Shown here: piece after piece, positions 25,762 to 36,694 of the stretch
Layout: every line of letters begins with the position of its first letter
How positions within the stretch are numbered: the first letter of the stretch is position 1
Assembly: GCA_965649765.1 (NCBI GenBank)
Contig: OZ287749.1
Span: forward strand, 59,210,001-59,274,000
From: Bispira polyomma
Taxonomy: Eukaryota
Direction: 5' to 3'
DNA length: 64,000 bases
Program-made: the position numbers and the translations under genes
The notes under the pieces: model-generated
Told to the model about the DNA's origin: nothing
Databases searched by the model: none
Seen by the model: the letters and a program-made list of their open reading frames with translations, nothing else

Positions 25762-26377
25762 TAGTGGTGTCATCACGAGCGACGATTGTGCACACTCACC
25801 GGTGATGATATGCCTGGGCGATAATCGGGAGATTACAAATGTCCGCGATGCATCTCACACAAATAAAATAAAGACATATATATATACATTTGAAGCCCAT
25901 GAATTAGAAAGTAAAATATTTTGCAAAATATATTCTATCATATATCAACGAAACTTACCGAAAATGGCTTTGATTTATTCTAGCATGTATATATCACGTG
26001 TATCATCGTTAGGAGTATCCCAAAGCACCAACTTCCATATAAGGATAATTAACTTTGACTCAGCACTAATCGCTCACATATATTACCTTATATCTGTTTT
26101 TCAATGCTGTGGTTATGCTGTGGTTGTATACGCAGATATTCAATATATTTTAGGTGATCTTCTACATAAACGGCAAACACGAGTTACAGGTATAAGTTAT
26201 TTTAATTTATGTGACTGTAACTCAAAAAACTGTAGTCGGGAATATAATTATTTAGAAACCTGACAAAATATTTTACTTTAAATATCTATGTACCTCAATG
26301 ACGATAAATACCGCGATATCGGTCACGGTCCACTCCACGGCCTTGATCCGCAATATACACTGGCGATGACACCACTA
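25762..26377. mobile_element. Non-autonomous hAT element (616 bp)
   Basis: Perfect 13-bp TIRs TAGTGGTGTCATC / GATGACACCACTA and perfect 8-bp TSD AATGCATG (25754-25761, 26378-26385); no transposase motif. Confidence 0.9.
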
Positions 26378-27689
26378 AATGCATGGTCAACTAAACCGAG
26401 ACAATTTTAAAATGACTTTCTCTGCTTTCATAGACCTATTGCAATCATTTAGTTTGAAATTTTTGAAACTAAATTGTTGCACTGGTTTTCCGTACACAGT
26501 AAGTAAGGAAGTACCCGACAACTGCTGGGTATATCCTTGGCACTTTTAACTCATTCTTTACTGAATCACGAGGCAATAAACGATGATGATTCACCTCACT
26601 TTAGCGTCATACTGCAATCTCATTTCAAAATCGCAGAAGGGAAACCTAGGCATAATATTAGTCCCCCATTTTAGATATTGGATTGGATATTAAGTATGAC
26701 AGTCTACAAGCAATAAATGGCCCTATTAGCAAAAATGTTGCTGATTTAGAATAGCATAAAATAGCATCTAGCCTTTGTCAGTGATGACATCTATTCGTAT
26801 ATATAAAAAAAAACATTCTGGTACAATTTGCAATTTAATAGGAGTTTCCATTAGAGTTAGTTAAAAATGCAAGTTGATATGTAATATGTCCTAAATGCAA
26901 GACCTCTTAGTTTTTGTAACATATTAGGTTCTGTCCATTCACACTAGTTAACATTAATGAAAGAAGAACATAATTTTCAGAATTAATGTTTTTACCATAA
27001 GTCTAAAAAATTAAACAATCTGACAGAATATTCAAATAATGAAATTTTATATCTATTACAAGTTGGTCTTAAAGCAAATTCAATTTTAATTGGTTTCATT
27101 TTCACCACAATTATTTTAACATTTTACCAGAAATAGTAATATTATATATTAACAGGTAGTATGTTTTTAAACCATCTAAGATAATGTAACCATTTTTTAT
27201 AAACCTCTTTTAATCATCTTATGGGCACACTTGGGCCGAGTCTAATTTAATAATTTATAAAAGAAGTTAAATGGCAGTAGGACAACCAAAACCAAAGGCA
27301 CCGCCTGTTAGTGTGATTGCTAAGTTAATAGAAGTACAGGGGGATGTTAATGTGGAAAGCAAGGTCAGATAGAGGTCATGAGAAGATATTCCAAGTTTCC
27401 AAGCCACAAGGAAACACAGTAATGATTATATTTTAAAACTTTGATTTTCAACACAAGTTCGGGCATGTCTCACATAACCACATAACAATTGTTCACAAGG
27501 GTTAAAACAATTATGAATGCATAACTCTGAAACTTAAAGATAACACTTAACCATAAATGCTGCGATAGATAGACGGAATAATACCACTTTCAATATGCCA
27601 GCACCAGTGCCAGTAAAATTCATAAAAAAGTCAAAAGTTTGTGTAAGCTGTCATTTTACCAATTTTTTTGTTTGGGTTTGATTTTCTAG

Positions 27690-27813
27690 GACAATCTTTA
27701 CAAGTTACCAGATTGATGAGTTAGAGAAGGCTTTTAAAGACGCTCACTACCCAGATGTGTATGCCAGGGAGGCACTGTCCCTGAAAACTGGATTACCAGA
27801 AGACAGGATACAG
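27690..27813 (+). CDS. Vsx: Vsx exon 3 (homeodomain helices 1-2, TIFTSYQ...PEDRIQ)
   Basis: Acceptor attttctag|G, donor CAG|GTAGGT; 124 nt; intron at the IQ/VWF position typical of paired-like homeoboxes. Absent from the ORF track. Confidence 0.97.
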
Positions 27814-28064
27814 GTAGGTGACATCTGATGTATATAAAGATGACTACTTATAGTAACAGAGTCTATATTAGTATATAAAGGCCCACTAAAAACCTCTATC
27901 TCTCTCTGACAACTGGGTTATCAGAAGACAGTATCCATGTAGGTGACATCTGATGTATATAGGACCACTACTTATAGTAACAGAGTCTATATTAGTACAT
28001 AAAGGCCCACTAAAACCTTTATCTCAACTGAATTACCAGAAGACAGTATCCATGTAGGTCACAT
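27786..28064 (+). repeat. Tandem repeat (125/115 bp, ~2.3 copies) including the 3' end and donor of exon 3
   Basis: AACTG(G/A)..TTA.CAGAAGACAG.AT.CA.GTAGGT.ACAT recurs at 27786, 27911 and 28026. Confidence 0.9.
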
Positions 28065-29914
28065 AGGACCGACACAGGATAGCTCAACCTGTAGCATTGG
28101 CCTTCTCTGATAGTCAAAGAGCTTCTTTTTAAAGACTTAGAGAAAAGTCTACTTTTTCAAATGTTAGTAGATCTGGGTTGATGTCTATAAAAATTGCACT
28201 TTTATATCTATCTGCCTACAAGCTAGAGTAATATAGGAACATGATCAAATCTTAATGTATACAGAACCATCTGAACTGTACCACAGACCACCTCTGATAG
28301 TCAGCCTCTCTATAACTTAGTACTTTGTCAAAAGCTCTTAGATCTGAGTTTAGTATCTGTAATGGGTGAGGTTGTTTTAGCCCTGTCCCTAAACCCTGAA
28401 TTTCCAGAGGATAGGATGCAGCTAAGTCACCTCACACTAGAATTTTCCAAAAAAACTCAAGCTGAAACTCAGATTCAGTTTAAGTGAAATGTCAATTGTG
28501 TGTATAATTTTTTTACAGTCAAATAACCAAAGTGTGTAAACATTTATTTTGATAGAGCTTTCAACAGTGAATTCTAATATTCTGATGAGAATGCTAAAGC
28601 TCCTTGACTAAAATACAAGTGTACCTTGGTATGTTATCTGGTTCAAGTCAACTTTGCATCCTAAATTAAATATTGTACATATCTACACTACAATTAAGTT
28701 TTTCAAGAACCAGGTGTTCAATAAATTAGCCAACACATATGAAGTTGTATATTAAGCAACACACTGTTCTTTGTACATTAATGTTTGTATATTTCCACTC
28801 TCTCATAAGTCATACATGGCTGGCTGTGTAACAGGTAAGAGTATGATAAAAAGTCGATCTATCTGTGTATGAAGGCACCATTTTAGTTGTTTTGTTTAGA
28901 TTTACCCTATCTAAATCTGGCCATAGATGAATCATTTGAAGAAGTAGCTCTTGACCCTGTAACCTTTTTTGTGGCTTCTATAAACAAGGGGGGCTTTCCT
29001 TGCAATAACATTACAGCTACAACACAGAAAGAGAGGGAGGGGGTGAATTTTAGGCAAATAGCAACAACACCAACAACCAAAAAACCCTTGTGTGGGGGTG
29101 TGAAAACACAATTCATTACTAGTCTAGCAATAACAATAGTTTGTAATGGCTAGCTATCAAAATTGATGGCATCACATGCAATGACATTTTACTCTGTATA
29201 GGGAAATGGGGCCCTTAGGAAATAATCCCCTTCAATCCCCAGAGGTAATACCTCTCATCCACTCCTCTCGTCGGCTTCCCCCAGTTCAGACTTTGGGCTT
29301 CACCATTTTATTAATATCGCCAGGGACCCTCGCTAGATTAAACTAAGTGGCTGTTAATAATTGGAATTTGTAGTTAGGAGCTGCTACGACTATGCTGCTG
29401 CAGTATTATTATTGCCCCTTGACGGAAAAAAGCAACTGGAGAGAAAGGGGAACTTTGTGGGGAGGGGGGAGAGATGGGGGGAGGGGGGCGGGTAGTAAGG
29501 TTAAAAAAGAGGGGGGGGGGGTAGTTCTGGTGGAGTTTAAAGCCTGAGTTAGGTCACGTCTGAACATCTATTAATTAGTACCACAAGAATCTTCAGAACG
29601 TGCTCAATTTAACCAACAAATTTCCCACAAGTTCCATGGAGAGAGAAGGGGATAGTGGGGTTGGGGGAGGTTGTGGTTGAGGGTTTGGGGGAACACTTGG
29701 AGAAGTTCATGATACTCTGAGAATTATCTCAGTTTTTTTAAGTAAAAAATGGTGTTTACTAATATTTTATCAGAACTACATCCCCCCCCCCCCCTCTCCA
29801 TTAGCTTCCCTTTTAGAAAATACATGTACTTTCTTCTGTAGTGGAAAATTACATTCCAATTAATGGATTTTCAAAAAAAGAGACAGTCGTTTGTTCTAGC
29901 TTTTTCGTATTTTT

Positions 29915-30146
29915 TTTTATCAGGCGAATTCTGAGTGTTTTCATCCATATTAAAAAAGGGTGCCGCCAAATAATATGTAAGGCCTTTATAGATTGGTTGG
30001 AATCACTAATAAACCCATCCAAACTGAAGGGGGTACTGGGTGTCAGATTTGCCTGAGCATTATATATAGTGGCCATATCTTCGTTAGTGTATTTCACTCT
30101 GTGTTCCTGTGCCATAATTTTATTTTATAAAAGACAACTTTTGTTT
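29915..30146 (-). mobile_element. Interspersed repeat, AACAAGAG...GCCTGATAAAA family, reverse copy
   Basis: TTTTATCAGGC, AAAAGGGTGCC, CCCATCCAAACTGAAGGGG, GGTGTCAGA and GTGTATTTCAC are reverse complements of motifs at 34708-34967. Confidence 0.75.
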
Positions 30147-31957
30147 ATATTCTTACTCTCTTCCCTTCAGCCCCCCCCCCCCCCCAAGTTATTCCACCAT
30201 CTCTTCTCTTCTATCTTTGTCCATTGGGGTAATTTTTCAATTACAGCTAATCACTTTGTATGCATGAAGACCATCCCCTCTCTCTCTCTCTTCCCCTATT
30301 TTCCTCTCCACATTTTACTGATTTGATTAACTTTATGTACCAATCTTTATATGCTGTTTTTAGCCTGCTATCAGGTATATGTCAAATTACTCGCGGAATT
30401 AGTTCGGTACAAGGCTGCCTTTCTTATCCTCCACAAATATCGCCCAAATCAAATTCCCTACTCCATCGTGTATTGGGGAATGAATAAAGACATTTACTTT
30501 TGCCCAAAATTCCCCGTGTTATTAAATAAAGCAGCCCCTATTTTCTGTGTCTTTTCAATTTTCAAATTGGGCAAACAATTGTAGGCCAACTCATTTGTAT
30601 CATTTATCACACCTGCGTGGTCACAGTTCCACCCTCCCCATACCCCAACTCTTCTGTATCAACTTTAGTCCTACAGTTGGTATTTAAAAGGTCTGGTGGT
30701 AATATTATACATAAAAACTACAACAGAGAGGAGGGATATGGGGACTTGGTCTAAACAACATAGAAGAAGAGGGGGTCGAGAAGGGGGTGAGTGAAAAAAA
30801 GGGCACATTTATCATGGGTGGATCCCGTGTGAATTATTAAAAAGGTCGGAGTTATGGATGGGTGTAGCTGATTAGTCATTAGAGAATAGAACCCTGTCTG
30901 CAAACATCTCTCTAAAGATAAGCTGGTAGTTAGATCCAATTAGGTGCTGATATATTTTATTTCTCTCTCTCTGTCCTTTCCACACATATATAAACCGGAT
31001 GTTGGGATTTCCCAATGTATTTCCACGTGGGATCGTGTTCTTAAGAGGAGGGTGTTTAGAACCGTTCTAAACACATCTCCAATTCCATCATACCCCATCC
31101 CCCTCCTCAACTCCCAACCCCAAAACTAACCCTCCTCCAACTCCCATGTCACACGAGACTTGGGGGGGGGGGGCTCCCTTTTAACAAAAAAAAAACCTTA
31201 CTGATTACCCTCTAATTGGACTCCAAATTAAAGGTACAAGGCCCTGTACTCCCCTCACTCACGACCCCCATCACCCACCACCCCCTCCCCGCAAAAAGGA
31301 GAACCACCCCCACAAAAGCAACCCTCGCCGAGTGTGCGTTACGTCACCATGACGTAGAACATGTATTTACATTGACATGTATTCATACGCCGAACACGTG
31401 CCCACACAACGTGTCTTCCTAGGATTTTCCCTCTTTCTTTCTTTCTTTCTTCCTTTCTTCACCCACCTCCTCTAGTTTTACTAATTGCCTTTGTTTTGCT
31501 CACGTTCTGGCTAATTGCTGACAAACTTGTCCTTTTCCCCTCTAAAAACCCTAACGGATAGCAGACACATTGGAGGCAATTCTGTGGAAGGAAGTTTTCA
31601 GGAGAGCGGCGCTAATCAGCAGATTGTTTGTTAGGTCTGGTTATAATGTAGAAAATGATGCCTGAAGGAATATAACTGAAAGGAAAACCCAGAACAAGCC
31701 CTGAAAACAAACCAATGTTTGCCCAAATAGTTTTATATCCAATTTTAAGTCAAACCATTACCAGGTTTTATAAATAGCAATTGACTGATTGATCAGATAT
31801 TCATATATGATACAATTTTTTTTTTCGACTTTTTTTAAATAAAAGGAAAGCTTTAAAACTGAAGCAGTTAACACAAACAAAATTTACTGATTTAAGGATG
31901 TTTTGTCGTCAATGCTCCTTAGAAGAAAGTTTGAGACACACCCACAAAAGTTATTTT

Positions 31958-32228
31958 ATCCAACACACCCATACAAGGTACTCTTTCCAACATACCCAAA
32001 CAAGTTTCTCTACCCAACATACCCAAACAAGGTACTCTTTCTAAAATACCCATACAAGGTACTCTTTCCAATATACCCAAACAAGTTTCTCTACCCAACA
32101 TACCCAAACAAGGTACTCTTTCTAAAATACCCATACAAGGTACTCTTTCCAATATACCCAAACAAGTTTCTCTACCCAACATACCCAAACAAGGTACTCT
32201 TTCTAAAATACCTATACAAGGTACTCTG
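31958..32228. repeat. 27-bp minisatellite with 81-bp higher-order period
   Basis: Monomer TACCCA(A/T)ACAAG(GTA/TTT)CTCT...; three variants cycle in fixed order, ~10 monomers; produces the spurious repetitive ORFs 31903..32256 and 31919..32188. Confidence 0.92.
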
Positions 32229-32529
32229 TGCTAGACCATTTCCTGCTCATGTATGAACTCTTTTTCGAAGCTTAGCCTATTAGGAGATATACTGGGATTT
32301 ACACCACAACAATCACTGGTATAAGAGTTTTACTGTCAGGTCACAACTTTCTTACAACTTTAACTGCCTCAAAGAGGTTAATACCAAAACTAGTTCAAGA
32401 CATCACCAGTTATATGTAAATTAATAAGAAATTAACAGTAAGGGTCCCTACTTTTCATAATATCCATGTTCAACAGGCAGCTTGCTAATCATCTATGATA
32501 TCTCTTGGCAATCTCACCAACCACAGTCA

Positions 32530-32815
32530 CAGTCGCCAAAAGCTTAGTGGTTAGGGAGTTGATTAGGTGATCAGAAGCTACCATGCTGTTCAACTCCCAG
32601 TGAGGAAGTTGGTCTTGAGATTGGAAGATCCCTGGTTCAACTCCTGGTGATGCCACAAGGTTCATTGGTCGGATACTCATTCTTAGGCAAGATGTGAACA
32701 CGCTATTGCTTACTGACGACAACTCAGGCCATGTTGTAGGGAAACAGGATTGGTTGACTGATTCAGTTGTTGTGCTTTAGAAGGTACCTCGCATCAAATA
32801 AAGCGCTTCGAAAAC
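32530..32815 (+). mobile_element. Degenerate CORE-like tRNA SINE
   Basis: AGCTTAGTGG A-box, GGTTCAACTCC B-box, GGCAAGATGTGAACACGC core shared with 9150-9420, AAAGCGCTT tail. Confidence 0.6.
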
Positions 32816-33232
32816 ATATAATGCAAAAACAAAGAAGAAGTAAAGTCTCTCTACCTTTGACTTTTACTAAACAAGCTAGCAGCTTCTGGATCATCAACAC
32901 CTTCCTTCTAAAATGGAAAAGTCTCCCCGTAAGTATCTGTACTGAAACAAAGGTTACAGACTTTCACACAAAAAATGGCTCAAAAGGTATGTGTATCAAC
33001 TTACCATTCCACCATAACATGACTATTTGGTCACAAACCTTTTCCTTTCTATTGGTCTGACCTTGATTAGCATGTGCACCACAGAAGATGCTTGGGCATC
33101 AATTGTAGTTCCATATAGATGTTTAACATTAACATCCACTGCACAAGGTAAATAAGCTGTCTTCCTCCCACTGCCCAATATGCTATTATTATGTCATGCT
33201 AACAGCGTTCTATTTGATTTGATTTTTTCCAG

Positions 33233-33413
33233 GTCTGGTTCCAGAACAGAAGAGCCAAGTGGCGTAAGACGGAGAAGACCTGGGGTCGCAGTAGTATTAT
33301 GGCCGAGTATGGTCTGTACGGAGCTATGGTCAGACATTCCCTTCCACTGCCCAAGAGTATCCTGGAGTCGGCCAAGGAAGGAGTCACCAATTCATCGGCT
33401 CCATGGCTAATCA
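33233..33413 (+). CDS. Vsx: Vsx exon 4 (helix 3 [12 protein letters not shown] and CVC domain)
   Basis: Acceptor ttttttccag|GTC; encodes [60 protein letters not shown]; donor A|GTGCGT (alternative in-frame donor at 33431/33432). Confidence 0.95.
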
Positions 33414-33788
33414 GTGCGTACGGCTTTAGTAGTGAGTTTATCTAGATAGCCAAGAAACAATAACTGGGCAGAGACATAAGAAATAAAGGCATAGGGGGGA
33501 ACTCTGAGAATAGTTTCTATATTATAGATAACTCGTGCAATGTTAATTCTTATGTAAAACAATAAACAGATTATGTGTTAATTAATATAAGGCACGTGAT
33601 TTTGTATGAATACTATGAGGGTGATATAATTGTAAAGTAATTAATTTTTTGTTTGTTTTGGTTTAACGTGGTTTTAACTTGTCTTGTGTCATTACACGAC
33701 AGGCAGTTGACTAATTGAGGAAATCTGAGCAAGGTACTTGGTCAAGGTTTATTCAAACTACCAGTCTTCAGTATGTCTACTCTCACTG

Positions 33789-34050
33789 TTAACATTGTCA
33801 CAAGCATATGATGGCATACTATTTTCTATGGTAACACATATAAGAAACCAATTAGGCAGATTCTAGTGTTTTGCAAAGCTTGGTGTCATTTGGGCGAAGT
33901 TGAGGAATCTGCTGGATTGGTTTTTTACATCAGCTGATTTCCATATTAACATATTGTTATTGAAGGGAAACATTAAAACAAAAGGAACATCCACATTTGT
34001 GCATAATCTAGAAAAAAATATATTTTTCTGGCATCTAAAACCAAAGTTTT
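33789..34050 (+). repeat. ~260-bp repeat, inverted partner of 35148-35401
   Basis: GTCACAAGCATATGATGGCATACTATTTTCTATGGTAAC and CATCTAAAACCAAA match the reverse complement of 35148-35401. Confidence 0.85.
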
Positions 34051-34707
34051 GTCTCATGCAATCTTGTCCTTAAAACGTTGAAAAGGATCTTTTACATATG
34101 TTTAAAGACATCATATAAAAACAAAATCAAGCAAATACTTACTTAGCCAGGAGGTTTGTTGTCAATCTTTATCTCTCTCTGTCTTCATACAACTATAGAG
34201 GGGTGGGGGAAGGGGGGGGGAATCAGACTCTCTATAGAAAGCCCAGCAGTAGTGATTAAGAAATTAGTCCACTTCTAGCAGTTGTAGATGTAACTGAAAG
34301 CTCCCAGCGAAGCCACTAATTCAGTTTGTATTCAAGATGCGGCCGTTTAGTGGCTTTGACTCGGCTATTCGGGGCAATAATGTCATCTCACATCCCGTCT
34401 TCACCATTCAAAGTAAGGTAATAGACGCCAGCTTACTGGCTGCTTGATATTCTGATATTAACTCAATTCTCCCCCCCCCCCTCACACCCCTCCTTGCTGC
34501 AGGAACTTAGCTGTCTTTGTGTCTGTCATTGCAGTGGAAACAGGTTCAGAGGAGATACTTCTTTAGGGGGGAACCAAGATTTATCTTTCTCTTCTCATCT
34601 CTTCCTTTGAGCTAAATGAATTATATAGATGGATCTCTTTGAGGGGGTGGGAGTGTGAGATAGGGGGGAGGGGGATACATGTACTTCATTCCGATGACTA
34701 GCCCTGA

Positions 34708-34967
34708 AACAAGAGTTGCCTTTTTTTAAAGACACAGGCACACAGTGTGAAATACACTAGAGTTGATGTTGCCGCTATATACTCAGGCAAATTTAAAATC
34801 TCCTTAGCTACGCCTGATAATAATAATGATAATCTGACACCCCTCAGTTTGGATGGGTCGATTTTTAAACCAAAGTCCAAACAAATCTTTGAAGGCCATA
34901 CACATATTTCTCTAAGATGCTGGCGCCCTTTTCAGAATGAAACAACTTCTGGCCGAGCCTGATAAAA
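34708..34967 (+). mobile_element. Interspersed repeat, AACAAGAG...GCCTGATAAAA family, copy 3
   Basis: Colinear similarity to 7544-7771. Confidence 0.75.
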
Positions 34968-35147
34968 GATATCCTGTTATATAAGAAGTATTAGAATATA
35001 CAAAATGTTCTTGTTGCAATAGTTAAAATAATTTTAAAATAATCACTTTATCTGACAATTATGGTATCTATGAGAAAAACTGCAGAAGGGTTTAACCCTC
35101 CTCGACCATGGCATGTATATGGCAAAGTTGGCAGTAGACCTGCGGGC

Positions 35148-35401
35148 AAATTTTTGGTTTTAGATGTCAGATATAACTTTCTGAATTACGCTTAAATATG
35201 GCTGTTTCTTTATTTTAAAAAAAACTTCAAAGTTTCCCTCCAATAGCAATCTGTAAAATGGACATCAGTTGATATAATATAAAACACTCAGTTGGCCCAA
35301 ATTGCACAAAGTCCTGCTACAAACTAGTATATGAGTAACTGATTACTTCTATCTGTTACCATAGAAAATAGTATGCCACCATATGCTTGTGACTCTGTTA
35401 A
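35148..35401 (-). repeat. ~260-bp repeat, inverted partner of 33789-34050, interrupting a SINE
   Basis: GTTACCATAGAAAATAGTATGCCACCATATGCTTGTGAC; SINE middle (AAAGTTGGCAGTAGAC) on the left and SINE 3' part (GTTTTCCTCCGCTAATAAACTGGCCATCGTGATA) on the right. Confidence 0.8.
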
Positions 35402-36030
35402 AGTTTGGCCAATAAACTTGCTAAAGCCCAGTGATCTACATTGCCCTGTTTTGTTTTCCTCCGCTAATAAACTGGCCATCGTGATAGTATTACTCAGTTG
35501 GTAAGGTTAAACTGAAAATAGAGTAAACAATATAAAATGTGCAAGGTGTCATAAATGTACATGAATATACAAGAAAATCTGATTGAAATTACTTCTTTCT
35601 TTTTGAGGGTGGGGGTGGGGGGGTGGGGTAATAAGTGTACCCTAATATGATACTGTACAACTAACTATGTAACAATTACTTACTACATCTTTATATGGGT
35701 TAGATGTCCCAATATTCTTAACTTATGATGGAGTGTCAATTGTCGGTTGGGGCCTCAATACAGGTGATACCAGACTATACACCCACAGTCTTACACACAT
35801 ACACATATTCGCAACTCTAACACCCAAACCATACTCAGAAATCATGTTTTACCTCGCCTATTAATACTCAAATTCTCTTTCCATTCAATCTCATCCTTAG
35901 TTTGAAGTTTAAAATCTAAAAAATGTACCTACATAAAACAATTCAATTATAACAAGTCAAACAAACAAATCCTAATTCTTGCAATTGATCAAGTTTTATT
36001 AATCAACGTATGTATCTGTTATTTTTACAG

Positions 36031-36374
36031 GCATGCATAAAAAGTCCATAGAAGCTGCGGACAAACTCAAAAATGAGCCTGGTATTGACGAGATGATGCT
36101 GGAGGGTGGTAAGGAGGATTACCAGTCCAGTATTCACCCTGATGATGGCGCCCCAGATTCCCTTAGAGGTCCAGGTCTGGTGAGGGACAGAGAGGAATTC
36201 CGATCAGAGAGCATTGCGTCACTCCGTGCCAAGGCGCAAACCTACACCGCACAGCTACGTGACGCGGCACACCATGACGTCATAGCAGGACGTCACGAAC
36301 TCTGCAGTAGCTTTGACACTCCATCTAGTAATGAGAATGAGGACAGTGATACGTTATTAGACCCTACAAACTGA
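36031..36374 (+). CDS. Vsx: Vsx exon 5 (end of CVC MHKKS, OAR motif, stop)
   Basis: Acceptor atttttacag|GC ATG CAT AAA AAG; OAR-like FRSESIASLRAKAQTY; TGA at 36372-36374. Confidence 0.95.
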
Positions 36375-36688
36375 GAGATATATGAATATATTGTATATAT
36401 ACCATGTGTATGGAATAGATTGAGCAGAGTAATTTATATGTTATTATGTATATATAATATATTTATATGAATGTACTGATTGTATATTTTGTTTGTAGAA
36501 ATGTCCAAGTTAGATGGAATCAGAAGCCATTTTTCTGTAATGATCAATGTACAACATCATCACCATTCCGTCATCACGTACATGTATATATGTATATATT
36601 ATTTGTGCAACATGGTTTAAACAGTTTTAAAACATCATTTTATTAATGTTCATTTTTCTGAAATTCTGCTGTGTTGATACTTGTCTTA

Positions 36689-36694
36689 AATAAA
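36689..36694 (+). promoter_or_regulatory. Candidate polyadenylation signal of Vsx
   Basis: First AATAAA I find after the stop, ~315 nt into an AU-rich 3' UTR; another at ~37530. Confidence 0.4.

Larger units (their letters stand above)
120..36374 (+). other. Vsx: Vsx/Chx10-family homeobox gene, coding span (5 exons, 1296 nt CDS, 431 aa)
   Basis: Five exons join in frame across GT-AG introns (phases 1,2,0,1). The product has eh1 RSPFAIQELLGL, homeodomain [59 protein letters not shown], a CVC domain and OAR RSESIASLRAKAQ. Confidence 0.96.

Noticed and set aside
25697-26263. 188-aa ORF
   Set aside because: Crosses the boundary of a non-autonomous hAT element; AT-rich with no transposase or other motif.
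31903-32256. Repetitive YPNK protein ORF
   Set aside because: By-product of the 27-bp minisatellite; no splice signals linking it to Vsx.
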